From contig CAWJSK010000017.1 in the NCBI GenBank assembly GCA_963845535.1, forward strand, positions 50,990 through 114,989: a DNA stretch of 64,000 bases, in the 5' to 3' direction. Positions 19,833 through 29,660 of this stretch are shown here, one piece after another. The notes below the pieces were generated by a model. The model was not told the origin of the DNA. It was given only the letters and a program-made list of their open reading frames with translations, and made no database searches. How positions within the stretch are numbered: the first letter of the stretch is position 1; every line of letters begins with the position of its first letter. This DNA comes from an uncultured Spirochaetota bacterium. GTDB taxonomy: Bacteria > Spirochaetota > Spirochaetia > SZUA-6 > Fen-1364. The translations under genes were made by a program, and so were the position numbers.

Positions 19833-21113
19833 ATGAGCAATGTGTCATCAGAAAGGTCCCGCGCGCTTCGGGGCGCGCGGGCCATGGCTTTTGTCGCCGC
19901 CGCGTTCGCTCTTACGCTGGTCCTGGCCGGGTGCGGAGCCGGAGGCGCAGGCGGAGTTCCCAAAGAGATCACCGTCGGCACGCTGTACGCCAGTCAGGGC
20001 GCTTTTGCCGTCTCCAGCATGCCCCAGTATCAGGGCCTCCAGTTCTGGGCTGATCAGGTCAACAAGGACGGGGGCGCCATGATCAAGGCGTACAACAAGA
20101 AGATCCCCGTCAAAATTATCGCGTACAACGACAACAGCACAACGGCAACCGCGAGCACGCTGTACAACCAGTTGATCACGCAGAACAAGGTGAACGTCCT
20201 GGTTGCTGACTTCGGGTCCGTCCTGACCTCGGTGGCCGTTCCCATCGCCAAGAACAACAAGATGCTGCTGTTCGACCCGACCGGGACCGGGGCAAGCTTT
20301 TTTACCGCGGACAACCCTTACCTGGTGCTGACCTCTTTGCCTTCGTCGGGAATCTGGCCAACCAGCCTGGCAGGCTTCCTGCTCGACAGGAAGATTGCGA
20401 AGATTGCCGTGGTCTACGCGGCAAATGACTTTGACCAGTCTCAGGCAGAGACGCTCAAGAGCAAGCTTGGCGATGGTGGGGTGACGCCGATCTCCTACCA
20501 GTCCGTGGCAACCGACACCAAGGATTACGGGGTGATCCTCAGGAGCATCGCGGCCCAGAAACCTGACGCCGTCATAGAGTTCGGCTACGCGCCGAATGAC
20601 ATTGCGTTCTTGCAGGGGATCCAGGGCGGCGGCTACCACTTCAAGATGGTCTTCACGGTTTTTTCGGGCCAGCAGTTCTCCATTATAGACAAGGCGGCCG
20701 GTGACGCGGCGCTTCAATACACCTACACCTATCCGACCCCGCCTCTGTATGGCTTCAACAAAGTGGACTACGGAATGGGGATGGATGACTTCGTCAAGGC
20801 TTTCGAGGCTGCCCAGAACGTCACGAACGTGAACTTCCTGAATATCGCCGGGTACAACGCGGGGCTCGTCATTCAGAAAGCCCTGGAAACCTCGGCCAGC
20901 CTGAAGCAGGAAGATTTGCGCGCGGCTGTAGCAAGCTTCTCCGGTCAGCTCAACACTCTGGACGGCGCCTTCCAGATCGACCCCGCCACGGGGGCCCAGG
21001 TGGGTGAGCTTCTGCCCGTGGCCCAGTTCCAGCCTTCAAGCGGAGCGCTGAAAACGGTCATCGTCTACCCCAGTGATCTCGCCACGGGCAAGCCGATCTA
21101 CCCGGCGAAGTAG
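19833..21113 (+). CDS. Branched-chain amino acid-type ABC substrate-binding lipoprotein (LivK/LivJ-like)
   Basis: Lipobox LAGC; EITVGTL, WADQVNKDGG, YNDNS; heads a liv-type operon. Confidence 0.88.
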   Translation: MSNVSSERSRALRGARAMAFVAAAFALTLVLAGCGAGGAGGVPKEITVGTLYASQGAFAVSSMPQYQGLQFWADQVNKDGGAMIKAYNKKIPVKIIAYNDNSTTATASTLYNQLITQNKVNVLVADFGSVLTSVAVPIAKNNKMLLFDPTGTGASFFTADNPYLVLTSLPSSGIWPTSLAGFLLDRKIAKIAVVYAANDFDQSQAETLKSKLGDGGVTPISYQSVATDTKDYGVILRSIAAQKPDAVIEFGYAPNDIAFLQGIQGGGYHFKMVFTVFSGQQFSIIDKAAGDAALQYTYTYPTPPLYGFNKVDYGMGMDDFVKAFEAAQNVTNVNFLNIAGYNAGLVIQKALETSASLKQEDLRAAVASFSGQLNTLDGAFQIDPATGAQVGELLPVAQFQPSSGALKTVIVYPSDLATGKPIYPAK

Positions 21114-21126
21114 GTCAGGCCAATCA

Positions 21127-21154
21127 GCCCTCGGGGGCAGTTGCCCCTGAGGGC
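21127..21154. other. Intergenic stem-loop after the substrate-binding gene
   Basis: GCCCTCGGGGGCA-GT-TGCCCCTGAGGGC near-perfect inverted repeat. Confidence 0.65.
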
Positions 21155-21166
21155 CTGTGCCCGTCT

Positions 21167-22043
21167 ATGCTGGGGTTTTCACTTCTTGCCGGAGTCCTTT
21201 TCGGCCTCTTCTTCGGTCTTGTCGGCCTGGGGCTGAACCTTGTCTTCGGGGTCATGCGCATTGTGAATCTGGCCCACGGGAACTTCATGATGCTTGGGCG
21301 CCTTTGGCGCGTTCTGGGCCTGGCAGCTCCTGGGGTGGAACCCGCTCATCACCGTGCCCGTGCAGGGGGTGGCCTTTGTGCTTGCGGGCATGGCGGTCTA
21401 CTACCTTCTGGTGCCGCGCCTCGTTGGCCTGAAGGACTTCGACATGATTTCCCTCGTGCTGTTCTTCGGGCTTTCGCAAGTCGTCGAGGCGCTGGGCGTG
21501 ATTGCTTTTGGAAACGACCCGCACTCGATATCCCAGCCCGTCTTCGGCAAGGAGCCGGTCCACTTTCTTGGGCAGACCTTCCCGGCGGCCTGGGCGGTGA
21601 GCGCGCTCGTGAGCCTTGTCCTGATTATTCTCGTTTACCTCTACCTCTATCGGACCCGGCCCGGCTCCGCCACGCGCGCCGTCATGGCCAGCCGCCAGGA
21701 AGCCGCTGCCAGCGGAGTCAACGTGGACATGATCTCCGCGCTGGCGTTCGGCATTGGGCTCTTTCTTGCCTCCGTGGCCGGGACGCTCAGCCTGTTCATG
21801 CTCGGCTCCGTGAGCGCCAATTTCGGCGGGGGCATCATCATCACCGCTTTTGCCGTTGTGGTTCTTGGCGGCCTGGGTGACCCGCTCGGCACGGTCCTGG
21901 GCGGCCTTCTCTATGGCATTGCGCTCATGGTGATGGAAAGTTACCTGTCTTCATGGGCCAATGTCCTGCCCTACGTTCTCCTTGTTGCCACGCTCCTTGT
22001 CAGGCCGGGCGGCATACTCGGAAAGGAAGTCCGCCACGCATAG
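21167..22043 (+). CDS. livH: LivH-like permease, split by a +1 frameshift at about 21297
   Basis: GLNLVFGVMRIVNLAHG in the first frame continues as GAFGAFW...VVLGGLG in the next. Removing one G of GGG (21296-21298) gives MMLGAFGA. Confidence 0.85.
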
Positions 22044-22996
22044 GCTTGCACCGGTGCTCCGCGGCGTTGACCGCGTCACGCGCCGCAGCTTGCTCGACGT
22101 CGGGCTTGTTGTCCTCATCCCCGCCCTTTTCGCCGTGCTCCCGTTGGCATACAACAACCAGCTCCTCCTCTTCAACATGATGGTTTTTCTCACCCTCTCG
22201 CAGGGAGTCAATATCATCTACGGATTCACGGGGTACCTCCCCTTCGGCTACATGGGCCTCTTCGGCGCAGGGGCCTACGGAGCAGCGCTCTCCGTCCTTT
22301 TCCTCCACGTCCCGGCTCCCGTGGCAGTGCTGCTGGGCGGCCTGACGGCGCTTGTGCTCAGCCTGATTCTCTCACCTCTCCTGCGGCTCTCGGGCGCCTA
22401 CTTCGCCGTTGCCACGCTGGCCGCCGCGGAGATCGTCTCCTCTGTCATCGCCAACCCTGACCTGACGCCGGTCACCAAAGGGCCCTACGGGATCAACCTC
22501 TCGGTGATCTTCAACCCCGAAGGCAAGCTACCTGACGATGGCGGTCATCACCGGCCTTGCGACGGCGGTCGTCATCTACCTCAAGCGCTCCAACTTCGGG
22601 CTCTCCTTGAGGGCGGTTCGTGACGACTCTCTGAGCGCCGAGATGGCGGGAATCAACGTGGGGCGGCAGCGGATGCTGGCCCTGGCCTGGAGCGCCCTTT
22701 TTCCCGGCCTCACGGGAGCGACGTTCGCCTGGCAGATCTCGGTCTTCTATCCTGACGCGGTTTTCGACCCCAGCATCTCGATCTTTGCCATCGTCTTCTG
22801 CCTGTTCGGCGGAGCGGGCACCGTCCTGGGCCCCATCTTGGGCGCCGTGGTCCTTTACGGCGTCTACAACGTGATCGGGATCACCGAGCCCCAGTACTTT
22901 CAGCTCATTTACGGCGCGCTGATCATGGTATTGGTGCTCTTCCTTCCGCAGGGGATTGCGTCACTTGCCCGGAGGGTTGGAAGAGATGTCCTCTGA
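22036..22996 (+). CDS. livM: LivM-like permease, split by a +1 frameshift at about 22521
   Basis: NIIYGFTGYLPFG and LRLSGAYFAVATL, then GLSLRAVRDD in the next frame. Removing one base of GAAGG gives NPEASYLTM. Start ACG 22036 (after AAGGAAG) or GTG 22054. Confidence 0.82.
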
Positions 22997-23693
22997 GCCG
23001 GTGCTCGTTGCCCGAGACCTCGCCAAGAGCTTTGCAAGCTTGAGAGCGGTGGACGGCATCAGCCTGGAGCTCCAGCCGGGAGAGATCATGGGGCTGGTCG
23101 GGCCGAACGGCTCCGGCAAGACCACGCTGATCAATCTCATCTCCGGGATCTATCGCCCGGACCGGGGGGAGGTCCTGCTTGGCGGGCAGCGGGCCACCGG
23201 TCTGGCGCCGCACCGCCTGGCTCGCGAAGGGCTCAACCGCACCTTCCAGGTGCCAAAGCCCTTCCACACTCTGACGGTGCGGGAGAATGTTCGCGTCGCC
23301 TCCTACCATACGGGGCGGAGCAGAGAGCAGGCGGAGAAAGCCCTCGAGCTTGCTGGTCTTAGCTCCGTGGCAGACCGTCCGGCGGGGAGCTTGAACGTGG
23401 GTCAGCAGAAGATGCTCGACCTTGCGCGTTCCCTGGCCACGAACCCCCGCGTCCTTCTGATCGACGAGCTTGCGGCAGGACTGGGACCGAAGGAGCTGGA
23501 CCAGGTGGCCGGGAAACTGCTGGCCCTGGCTGAGTCGGGCATTGCCCTGGTTGTGGTCGAACATCTCCTTGCTTTTTTGAATCAGCTCACCTCCCGCGTC
23601 CTGGTGATGAATGCGGGAGCGAAGATCTTCGAAGGAACCATGGCTGCCGCCGCGGAAGATCCTGTGGTGGTCGAGGTCTTTCTTGGGGGATAG
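22986..23693 (+). CDS. livG: LivG-like ABC ATPase
   Basis: GPNGSGKTT, RTFQ, LLIDE, VVEH. Confidence 0.92.
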   Translation: MSSEPVLVARDLAKSFASLRAVDGISLELQPGEIMGLVGPNGSGKTTLINLISGIYRPDRGEVLLGGQRATGLAPHRLAREGLNRTFQVPKPFHTLTVRENVRVASYHTGRSREQAEKALELAGLSSVADRPAGSLNVGQQKMLDLARSLATNPRVLLIDELAAGLGPKELDQVAGKLLALAESGIALVVVEHLLAFLNQLTSRVLVMNAGAKIFEGTMAAAAEDPVVVEVFLGG

Positions 23694-23697
23694 GCAG

Positions 23698-24409
23698 GTG
23701 GAAGCGATCCTCGATGCAAGCGGTGTGAGCGGAGGCTACGGCTCCATGCAAGTGCTCTGGGATGTCTCGCTCAAGGTCGGGGAGGGTGAAAACGTCGTCC
23801 TCCTGGGACCAAACGGGGCGGGCAAGACCACTCTGCTCAAGACTCTTGTCGGTCTTCAGCCTCTTCGGCACGGGCAGGTGGCTTTTCAAGGGAAGCGCAT
23901 CGAGGGCCTGCGCACCGACCAGAAGATCCGCCTGGGCATTTCTTTCATGACGGAGATGGGAGTGTTCACGAACCTTTCGGTGGAAGAAAACCTTGTGCTG
24001 GGCGGCTACTACCAGCCCAGGGAAGCCGTCAGGGCGCGCTCGGAGGAGCTTTTCCGGCAGTTCCCTGACCTGGCCCGGCATCGCCGCCACTCCGCCGGCA
24101 CGCTCTCCGGCGGACAGCGCAAGATACTCGGCGTGGCGAAGGCGCTCATGGCGAGGCCCGCGCCTCATCATCATGGATGAGCCTTCATCCGGCCTTTCCC
24201 CGCGCTTCGTGTCTGAGGTCATTGCGATGCTTGTCCGGTTTCGAACGGAAGGCGCGAGCCTGCTGATCGCGGAGCAGAACGTGAAGTTCCTGGAGATCGC
24301 TGACCGCGTCTACGTTCTGGACGGCGGGCGAATCGCCTTTTCCGGAACCGTGGAGGAGGTGAGGGCCAACAGGGCCATTCACGAAGCCTACTTCGGCCTC
24401 AAAGGGTAG
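23698..24409 (+). CDS. livF: LivF-like ABC ATPase, split by a +1 frameshift at about 24158
   Basis: GPNGAGKTT and LSGGQ, then IIMDEPSSGLSP and EQN in the next frame. Removing one C of CCC (24157-24159) gives ARPRLIIMDEP. Confidence 0.87.
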
Positions 24410-24589
24410 GAGGGTCTCCCAGGACTCCCCGGCTCCGAGCAAATCGATCCGCGCATCAGGACCCGCGCCTCACGACCCGCGCTTCATCGCGCGTTACCCG
24501 CTTGCGCCGATCGATTTTTGCGATTATCGCCCTGTTTGCTCCATCCTGATTAGGCGCTATCTTTGACCCGAAGGAGGTTCCCAACCCTT

Positions 24590-25177
24590 ATGAAGCGTCT
24601 ATTTCTCTTTTCCCTTTTTGCCGCGGGGCTGGCGGTCTCAGCCAGCGCCCAGGCATACAACCCGTACGACAGGCTGCCCCATGTCCCCTCATTCACGGTC
24701 ACGAGCACCGACGTCAAAAACGGCGCTCAGATGCCGCAAGACCAGATGAGCGGAATTTTCGGCGCGGGCGGCAAGGACATCTCTCCACAGCTTTCCTGGA
24801 AGGGGTTCCCGGCTGGGACCAAGAGCTTCGTGGTGACGATGTATGACCCTGATGCGCCGACCGCCAGCGGATTCTGGCACTGGGCGGTTGTCGACATCCC
24901 CGCCAGCGTGACGAGCCTGAAGACGGGCGCGGGGGATGACAAAGGCACGGGTATTCCGTCTGGCGCCTTCCAGCTTCCCAACGACGCGCGCCTGGCGCGC
25001 TTTGTCGGCGCAGCCCCGCCCCCGGGCAACGGCAAGCATCGGTATTTCATCGTTGTCCATGCCGTGGATGTCCCCTCACTCGGGCTGAGCAAGGACGCAA
25101 CCCCCGGTATGCTCGGGTTTACTCTTTTCTCACACACGCTGGCGCGCGCCATGATCGTTCCCTGGGCCGAGCGCTGA
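24590..25177 (+). CDS. YbhB/YbcL family PEBP/RKIP-like exported protein
   Basis: AGGAGG RBS; signal peptide; SPQLSW, MYDPDAPTASGFWHW, GAAPPPGNGKHRY. Confidence 0.93.
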   Translation: MKRLFLFSLFAAGLAVSASAQAYNPYDRLPHVPSFTVTSTDVKNGAQMPQDQMSGIFGAGGKDISPQLSWKGFPAGTKSFVVTMYDPDAPTASGFWHWAVVDIPASVTSLKTGAGDDKGTGIPSGAFQLPNDARLARFVGAAPPPGNGKHRYFIVVHAVDVPSLGLSKDATPGMLGFTLFSHTLARAMIVPWAER

Positions 25178-25179
25178 TC

Positions 25180-25410
25180 TGCTCCGCGGTTTCGGCCTCC
25201 GCTGGCACCTTGGCCCGTGGTCCTGGCGATGGCGGCCACGGCCTTGGTGCTCACGCCAGCAACGGATACGGCTACGAGCGGGACGAGCTCTATTTGAGAT
25301 GGGGGCGGGCGGCGCATCCACATCCTGCTCGCGTGGGGCTACGCGTTCGCGCCGCTTCCGCTGATCACGGGCCACGTCCTGCTCATGTCTCTCTGCCGTC
25401 GGGTGGGACA
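25180..25410 (+). pseudogene. Degraded N-terminal remnant of a GT-C (family 39-like) glycosyltransferase
   Basis: Hydrophobic WPVVLAMAATALVL in one frame, then SNGYGYERDELYL in another; YGY.RDELY is typical of GT39-like N-termini. Truncated at the island edge. Confidence 0.45.
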
Positions 25411-25439
25411 TTTTCCAATTCTCTTTAGTTTCTCCACTA

Positions 25440-25468
25440 GTGACAAACAATTGCAGCAGTGCTATAAT
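25440..25468 (+). promoter_or_regulatory. Sigma70-type promoter of the T2SS-like operon
   Basis: GTGACA-17 nt-TATAAT with extended -10 TG, in an AT-rich stretch. Confidence 0.65.
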
Positions 25469-25526
25469 AAGGAAAAGAAGTCAGATTAATAGATAAGGTG
25501 CAACACCTAATCAGAATGGACTATTT

Positions 25527-25985
25527 ATGGAAGTCTGGATTGAATTTGTTGTATTCTTGCTTGTTGCCATTCCCGTCACTTTCATAGACATCCGTCATTA
25601 TCGTATCCCGAACTATCTCTCCCTCGGCGGCGTTGTCGTTTTCGTCGCCCTGAAAATCCTCTGGCGCGAGCAGGCTATTCCCACGGTGGTCACTGAACTT
25701 GTCGTAGGGTTCGGTGTGTTTTGGCTGATCTGGCGATTCACAAAAGGACAGATTGGGCTTGGGGACGCAAAATACTCCGCTTTCATCGCGGTTGCCGCGG
25801 GCCTTTCTGCGTGGCTTATTTCGCTTTTCGTTGCATCCGTCATCGGGCTCCTCTGCGCTGCCGTCCTCATCGTCTTTTTCAAAGTGGATCGGCATGCGCG
25901 AATACCTTTCGCTCCTTTCCTGACTGCGGGCGCCATTCTTGCCATCCTTGCCGAAGATTTTTACGGCTGGAGGTTGGTCATATGA
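25527..25985 (+). CDS. A24 prepilin peptidase, short form lacking the N-terminal Cys/Zn domain
   Basis: FIDIRHYRIPN, GLGDAK, IPFAPFL; only 152 aa and no CxxC pairs. Confidence 0.9.
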   Translation: MEVWIEFVVFLLVAIPVTFIDIRHYRIPNYLSLGGVVVFVALKILWREQAIPTVVTELVVGFGVFWLIWRFTKGQIGLGDAKYSAFIAVAAGLSAWLISLFVASVIGLLCAAVLIVFFKVDRHARIPFAPFLTAGAILAILAEDFYGWRLVI

Positions 25986-28147
25986 AATGTCTTGCGGTCC
26001 TTCTTGCCGCTCTTTTCCTGTCTATCGGGGTTGCCGGTGCGCAGCAGATCAAGGAGATGGAGTTCAAGAACCAGGCGATCGTTGACATTCTCCTCGCTCT
26101 TGCAGAGATGTCCGGCAAGTCGATCGTACCGGACGAAACTGTGACCGGCACCGCTTCCTACTACTTCAACGAGACGGATTTCGAGACGGCTTTGAAGATC
26201 TTTCTCACGACCTACAAGATGTACTCCTGGAGGGATGGAAACATCTATTACGTCTCGCGAGTGAAGACCACCTGGAACAAGGACGCGGGGATTGCCGCTC
26301 TGGACGCGGAGGACGTTGAGCTGCGATTGATCGTCAGCGCACTCTCCCGAGGGATCGGCAAGACGATCCTGTCCGATGCGCTGCCTCGTGAAAATATCAC
26401 CATCCATGTGGACAACGCGAAGCCGGTGAAAATCCTCGAGATGCTCATGAAACGGTTCCCTGATTATGTCGTGGAATCAACCGAGGATTTCCATTACATC
26501 AAAAGGCTCGATGCCAGCGGAAAGCCCGATTCCAGAGCCGACAGGCCGGGGACCATCGTCAACTGTCAAGACGGACTCTACAGCATCAACACCGACAAAG
26601 CTCGGCTGCGCGATCTGCTTGCGGAGATTTTCAAGAAATCAGGACTGGAGTATTCCCTGTTTCTCCGTACCGATGCAATCCTTGAGAACCTTCATTTCAG
26701 CGGCAAGAAGCTCGATGAGATCCTTCGCCTCGTCGTGGAACAGGCGAATGCTGATTACACCGTTGAAGATGGGATTTACTACGTTTTCGAGATCCAGCGG
26801 GCGGACGTGATGAAGAAGCTCAAAATCATCCACTCGATCCCCCTGACATATCTTTCCGTGCAGGACCTGCCCAACCTGTTTCCTCAGGACATGGCATCAC
26901 AGAACCTCTTCCGCTTGGATAGGAACACGAATACGGTCATCTTTTCCGGCAGCGCCCAGGAAATCGGACCAATCGAAGATTTCATTCGACGCATTGACCA
27001 CCCGCTGGAGCAGAAAAGCTATTACCGGTTTGATTTGAGCTACCTCAAGGTGGCGGATTTCGTTTCGCTCCTGCCTCCACAGCTCAGTGGCACGAAGCCC
27101 GTTGCGTTGCCGCAGGGCAACTCGTTCGTCGTCCTTCTTTCCGCGGAGAACAGGAAAATGATGGGCGACTACATCGATCTCATTGACAAGAGACAGGAAG
27201 GTGTTCCCATTCACCTGAAGTACGTTCAGTCCGACTACCTGCTGAAAAACCTTCCACCTTCGGTTGCCAAGGATGACGTTCAGGCAACGGGGGACTCCAC
27301 GCTCATCTTCTTCAACGGCTCAGAAGACAAACTTCGTCAGTTCAGGCGGGAGCTGGACGCGCTGGACAGGCCGGCGCCGCAGATCCGCTACGAGCTCCTG
27401 GTCGTAGAGTATCAGGACGGGGAGAGTCTGGACTGGAACGCCTCTGTATCCAACAGCGCCCTCCCTACCGATGGCACCGGTTCGAATGCTTTCCTGGGAA
27501 GCATCGGGAAGCTCCTGCAGCTCAATATCAATGTCGTCTCTGCATTCGGCACTCTCTTTGCCGTCAACCTCAGCCTGGATTTAAGTACGAACAAGGCGAA
27601 TATTCTTGCCGACACGACGGTAAACGGGCTCTCGGGGCAGGAGATCAAGTTCCAGAACACTCTCACCACGCGGTACCGTGATCTTGAGCTGAATACCACC
27701 ACGCAACAACTGCAATCCAGCGGTGTAACGCGCGAGATAACGTCCGGTCTCATCATCACGATGAATGGTTGGGTGTCCGGGGACGGGATGATCACAATGA
27801 AGGTGGCCTCAACGATCTCAAAACAGGGCGCCGACCTCTCTTCAGCCACCGGCAATCCGCCCTCAACGTCTGAAAAGATCGTCAGTACCAATGTCCGCAC
27901 AGTCTCGGGAAAGCCCGTGGTCATTGGAGGGCTGATTCAGCAGGAAAAAAGCGTAACCGTCCAGAAGGTTCCCGTGCTGGGGGACATACCCCTTCTGGGT
28001 CTTCTCTTTCAGGGTCGAAATGAGACAACTTCCAACGAAGAGCTCGTGATCTATATCGTGCCGCACGTGGAGTTCCCCGAGCGTCGATCCGCGGATGAAG
28101 GTGTCAGGCTCGAATCCCTTTATCAAAAGTTCCTCAGAGGGCAATAG
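25982..28147 (+). CDS. gspD: Secretin (GspD/PilQ family)
   Basis: Signal MKCLAVLLAALFLSIGVAGA; N-domain repeats; LDRPAPQIRYELLVVE; VVIGGLI, KVPVLGDIPLLGLLF, ELVIYIVPH. Confidence 0.92.
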   Translation: MKCLAVLLAALFLSIGVAGAQQIKEMEFKNQAIVDILLALAEMSGKSIVPDETVTGTASYYFNETDFETALKIFLTTYKMYSWRDGNIYYVSRVKTTWNKDAGIAALDAEDVELRLIVSALSRGIGKTILSDALPRENITIHVDNAKPVKILEMLMKRFPDYVVESTEDFHYIKRLDASGKPDSRADRPGTIVNCQDGLYSINTDKARLRDLLAEIFKKSGLEYSLFLRTDAILENLHFSGKKLDEILRLVVEQANADYTVEDGIYYVFEIQRADVMKKLKIIHSIPLTYLSVQDLPNLFPQDMASQNLFRLDRNTNTVIFSGSAQEIGPIEDFIRRIDHPLEQKSYYRFDLSYLKVADFVSLLPPQLSGTKPVALPQGNSFVVLLSAENRKMMGDYIDLIDKRQEGVPIHLKYVQSDYLLKNLPPSVAKDDVQATGDSTLIFFNGSEDKLRQFRRELDALDRPAPQIRYELLVVEYQDGESLDWNASVSNSALPTDGTGSNAFLGSIGKLLQLNINVVSAFGTLFAVNLSLDLSTNKANILADTTVNGLSGQEIKFQNTLTTRYRDLELNTTTQQLQSSGVTREITSGLIITMNGWVSGDGMITMKVASTISKQGADLSSATGNPPSTSEKIVSTNVRTVSGKPVVIGGLIQQEKSVTVQKVPVLGDIPLLGLLFQGRNETTSNEELVIYIVPHVEFPERRSADEGVRLESLYQKFLRGQ

Positions 28148-28151
28148 ACTG

Positions 28152-29660
28152 ATGGGTGATTCCAGCATTCGACAGGCTGCAGATTCTTTGCGACAGGTCA
28201 CTCTGGCTGAGTTCATGCCCTTGCCCGAGGCGGGAAGCCAATACCCACTGGAATACATGGATGCCAACTCCGTCATCAAACTCCGCGAAGACGAGGAGGA
28301 GGTGTTGGTCGGGGTGGCCGACCCCGGCAATGCCGCCATCCTTACCTACCTGAGGAACTTCCACGGCAAGCCGGTCGAGTTCTTCCGAATCGATCGCACG
28401 GAGCTGGCGGCGTACCTGGGCAAACGGTTGTCAGTGCTGGAAAGCGAATCTAGCCACCCCGCCGCCCCGGACGACGAACGGATTCTCCTGGACAGGCTTG
28501 CCAATGACGCTCCCATCGTCAACCTGGTGAACAGCCTCATGATCGAGGCAATTCGAAAAGGGGCATCCGACATCCATATAGAATCCTTCTCCGAGGAGAC
28601 GCGTGTGCGTTATCGCATTGACGGCGTGTTGCAGACGGTGAGCCGAATCGACAAAGAGAAGTCTGCCGCGGTGGCCTCACGGATCAAGATCATGGCAAAT
28701 CTGAATATCATGGAGCGCAGACTGCCGCAGGATGGAAGGATTTCTGTTCACATGGGGGATGGAACATTCGATGTGCGAGTCTCCATAGTCCCGATAGCGG
28801 CTGGAGAGTCCATTGTGCTGCGCTTGTTCAATACCGGTGGGGCGTCCCTGGGTCTTGCGGAGCTGGGCATCGAGCCGGAAAGCCTCGCTCTCATGCGCAA
28901 GCTCGTCGCAGTTCCGCACGGTCTTGTCCTTGCCACGGGTCCTACCGGCAGCGGCAAGACAACGACCCTGAACGCGTTGCTTCGGGAGCTTGCATCCGAG
29001 CACGTGAAGATCGTCACAATCGAAGACCCCGTTGAATATCTTATTGAAGGCGTGGGGCAGATTCAGACTCATGAGAGGATCGGGTTGACTTTCGAGTCCC
29101 TCCTGAGACGGGTCCTGCGCCAGGACCCCAACATCGTGATGGTGGGCGAGATCAGGGACACTCCGACCGCTGAGCTTGCCGTGCGCGCTGCGCTGACGGG
29201 CCATCTGGTGCTTTCCACGCTCCACACGAATGACGCGGTCTCCGTGGTCCCCCGGCTCAGGAACATGGGCGTGGAGCCCTACCTGCTGGGGGCCGTGTTG
29301 CGCGGCGCGGTGGCGCAGCGCCTCATCAGAAAAAACTGCGCCTCCTGCTCCCGGCCCTGCAAGCCGAGTCGGGAAGAGAAGGAGTTCCTGAAGCGACATG
29401 AGCTGACCGCTGCCTGCCTTGTAAAGGGCAAGGGCTGCGAGACCTGTGGAGGTAGCGGGTTCAAAGGCCGCACGGCAATCGTGGAGACCTTCGCGTGCGA
29501 TGAGACCGTGGAAGAAATGATCCTCAAAGGTGAGCGGGTGTCCGCCATGGCAGAGCACTTGAAGACAAAAGGCTACGTCGACCTTCTTCAAAGCGGTCTT
29601 CGGAAAGTCGTTCAGGGACTGACGACCCTGACAGAAGTGCAAAGCGCGGTGATGAGCTGA
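28152..29660 (+). CDS. gspE: GspE/PulE secretion ATPase
   Basis: ASDIHIE, RLPQDGR, GPTGSGKTTT, TIEDPVEY, LRQDPNIVMVGEIRD, TGHLVLSTLHTN, CxxC pairs. Confidence 0.96.
   Translation: MGDSSIRQAADSLRQVTLAEFMPLPEAGSQYPLEYMDANSVIKLREDEEEVLVGVADPGNAAILTYLRNFHGKPVEFFRIDRTELAAYLGKRLSVLESESSHPAAPDDERILLDRLANDAPIVNLVNSLMIEAIRKGASDIHIESFSEETRVRYRIDGVLQTVSRIDKEKSAAVASRIKIMANLNIMERRLPQDGRISVHMGDGTFDVRVSIVPIAAGESIVLRLFNTGGASLGLAELGIEPESLALMRKLVAVPHGLVLATGPTGSGKTTTLNALLRELASEHVKIVTIEDPVEYLIEGVGQIQTHERIGLTFESLLRRVLRQDPNIVMVGEIRDTPTAELAVRAALTGHLVLSTLHTNDAVSVVPRLRNMGVEPYLLGAVLRGAVAQRLIRKNCASCSRPCKPSREEKEFLKRHELTAACLVKGKGCETCGGSGFKGRTAIVETFACDETVEEMILKGERVSAMAEHLKTKGYVDLLQSGLRKVVQGLTTLTEVQSAVMS

Noticed and set aside
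21167..24409. Programmed frameshifting or phase variation in the liv operon
   Set aside because: Runs are only 2-3 nt with no slippery heptamers, and the same +1 pattern occurs in unrelated genes.
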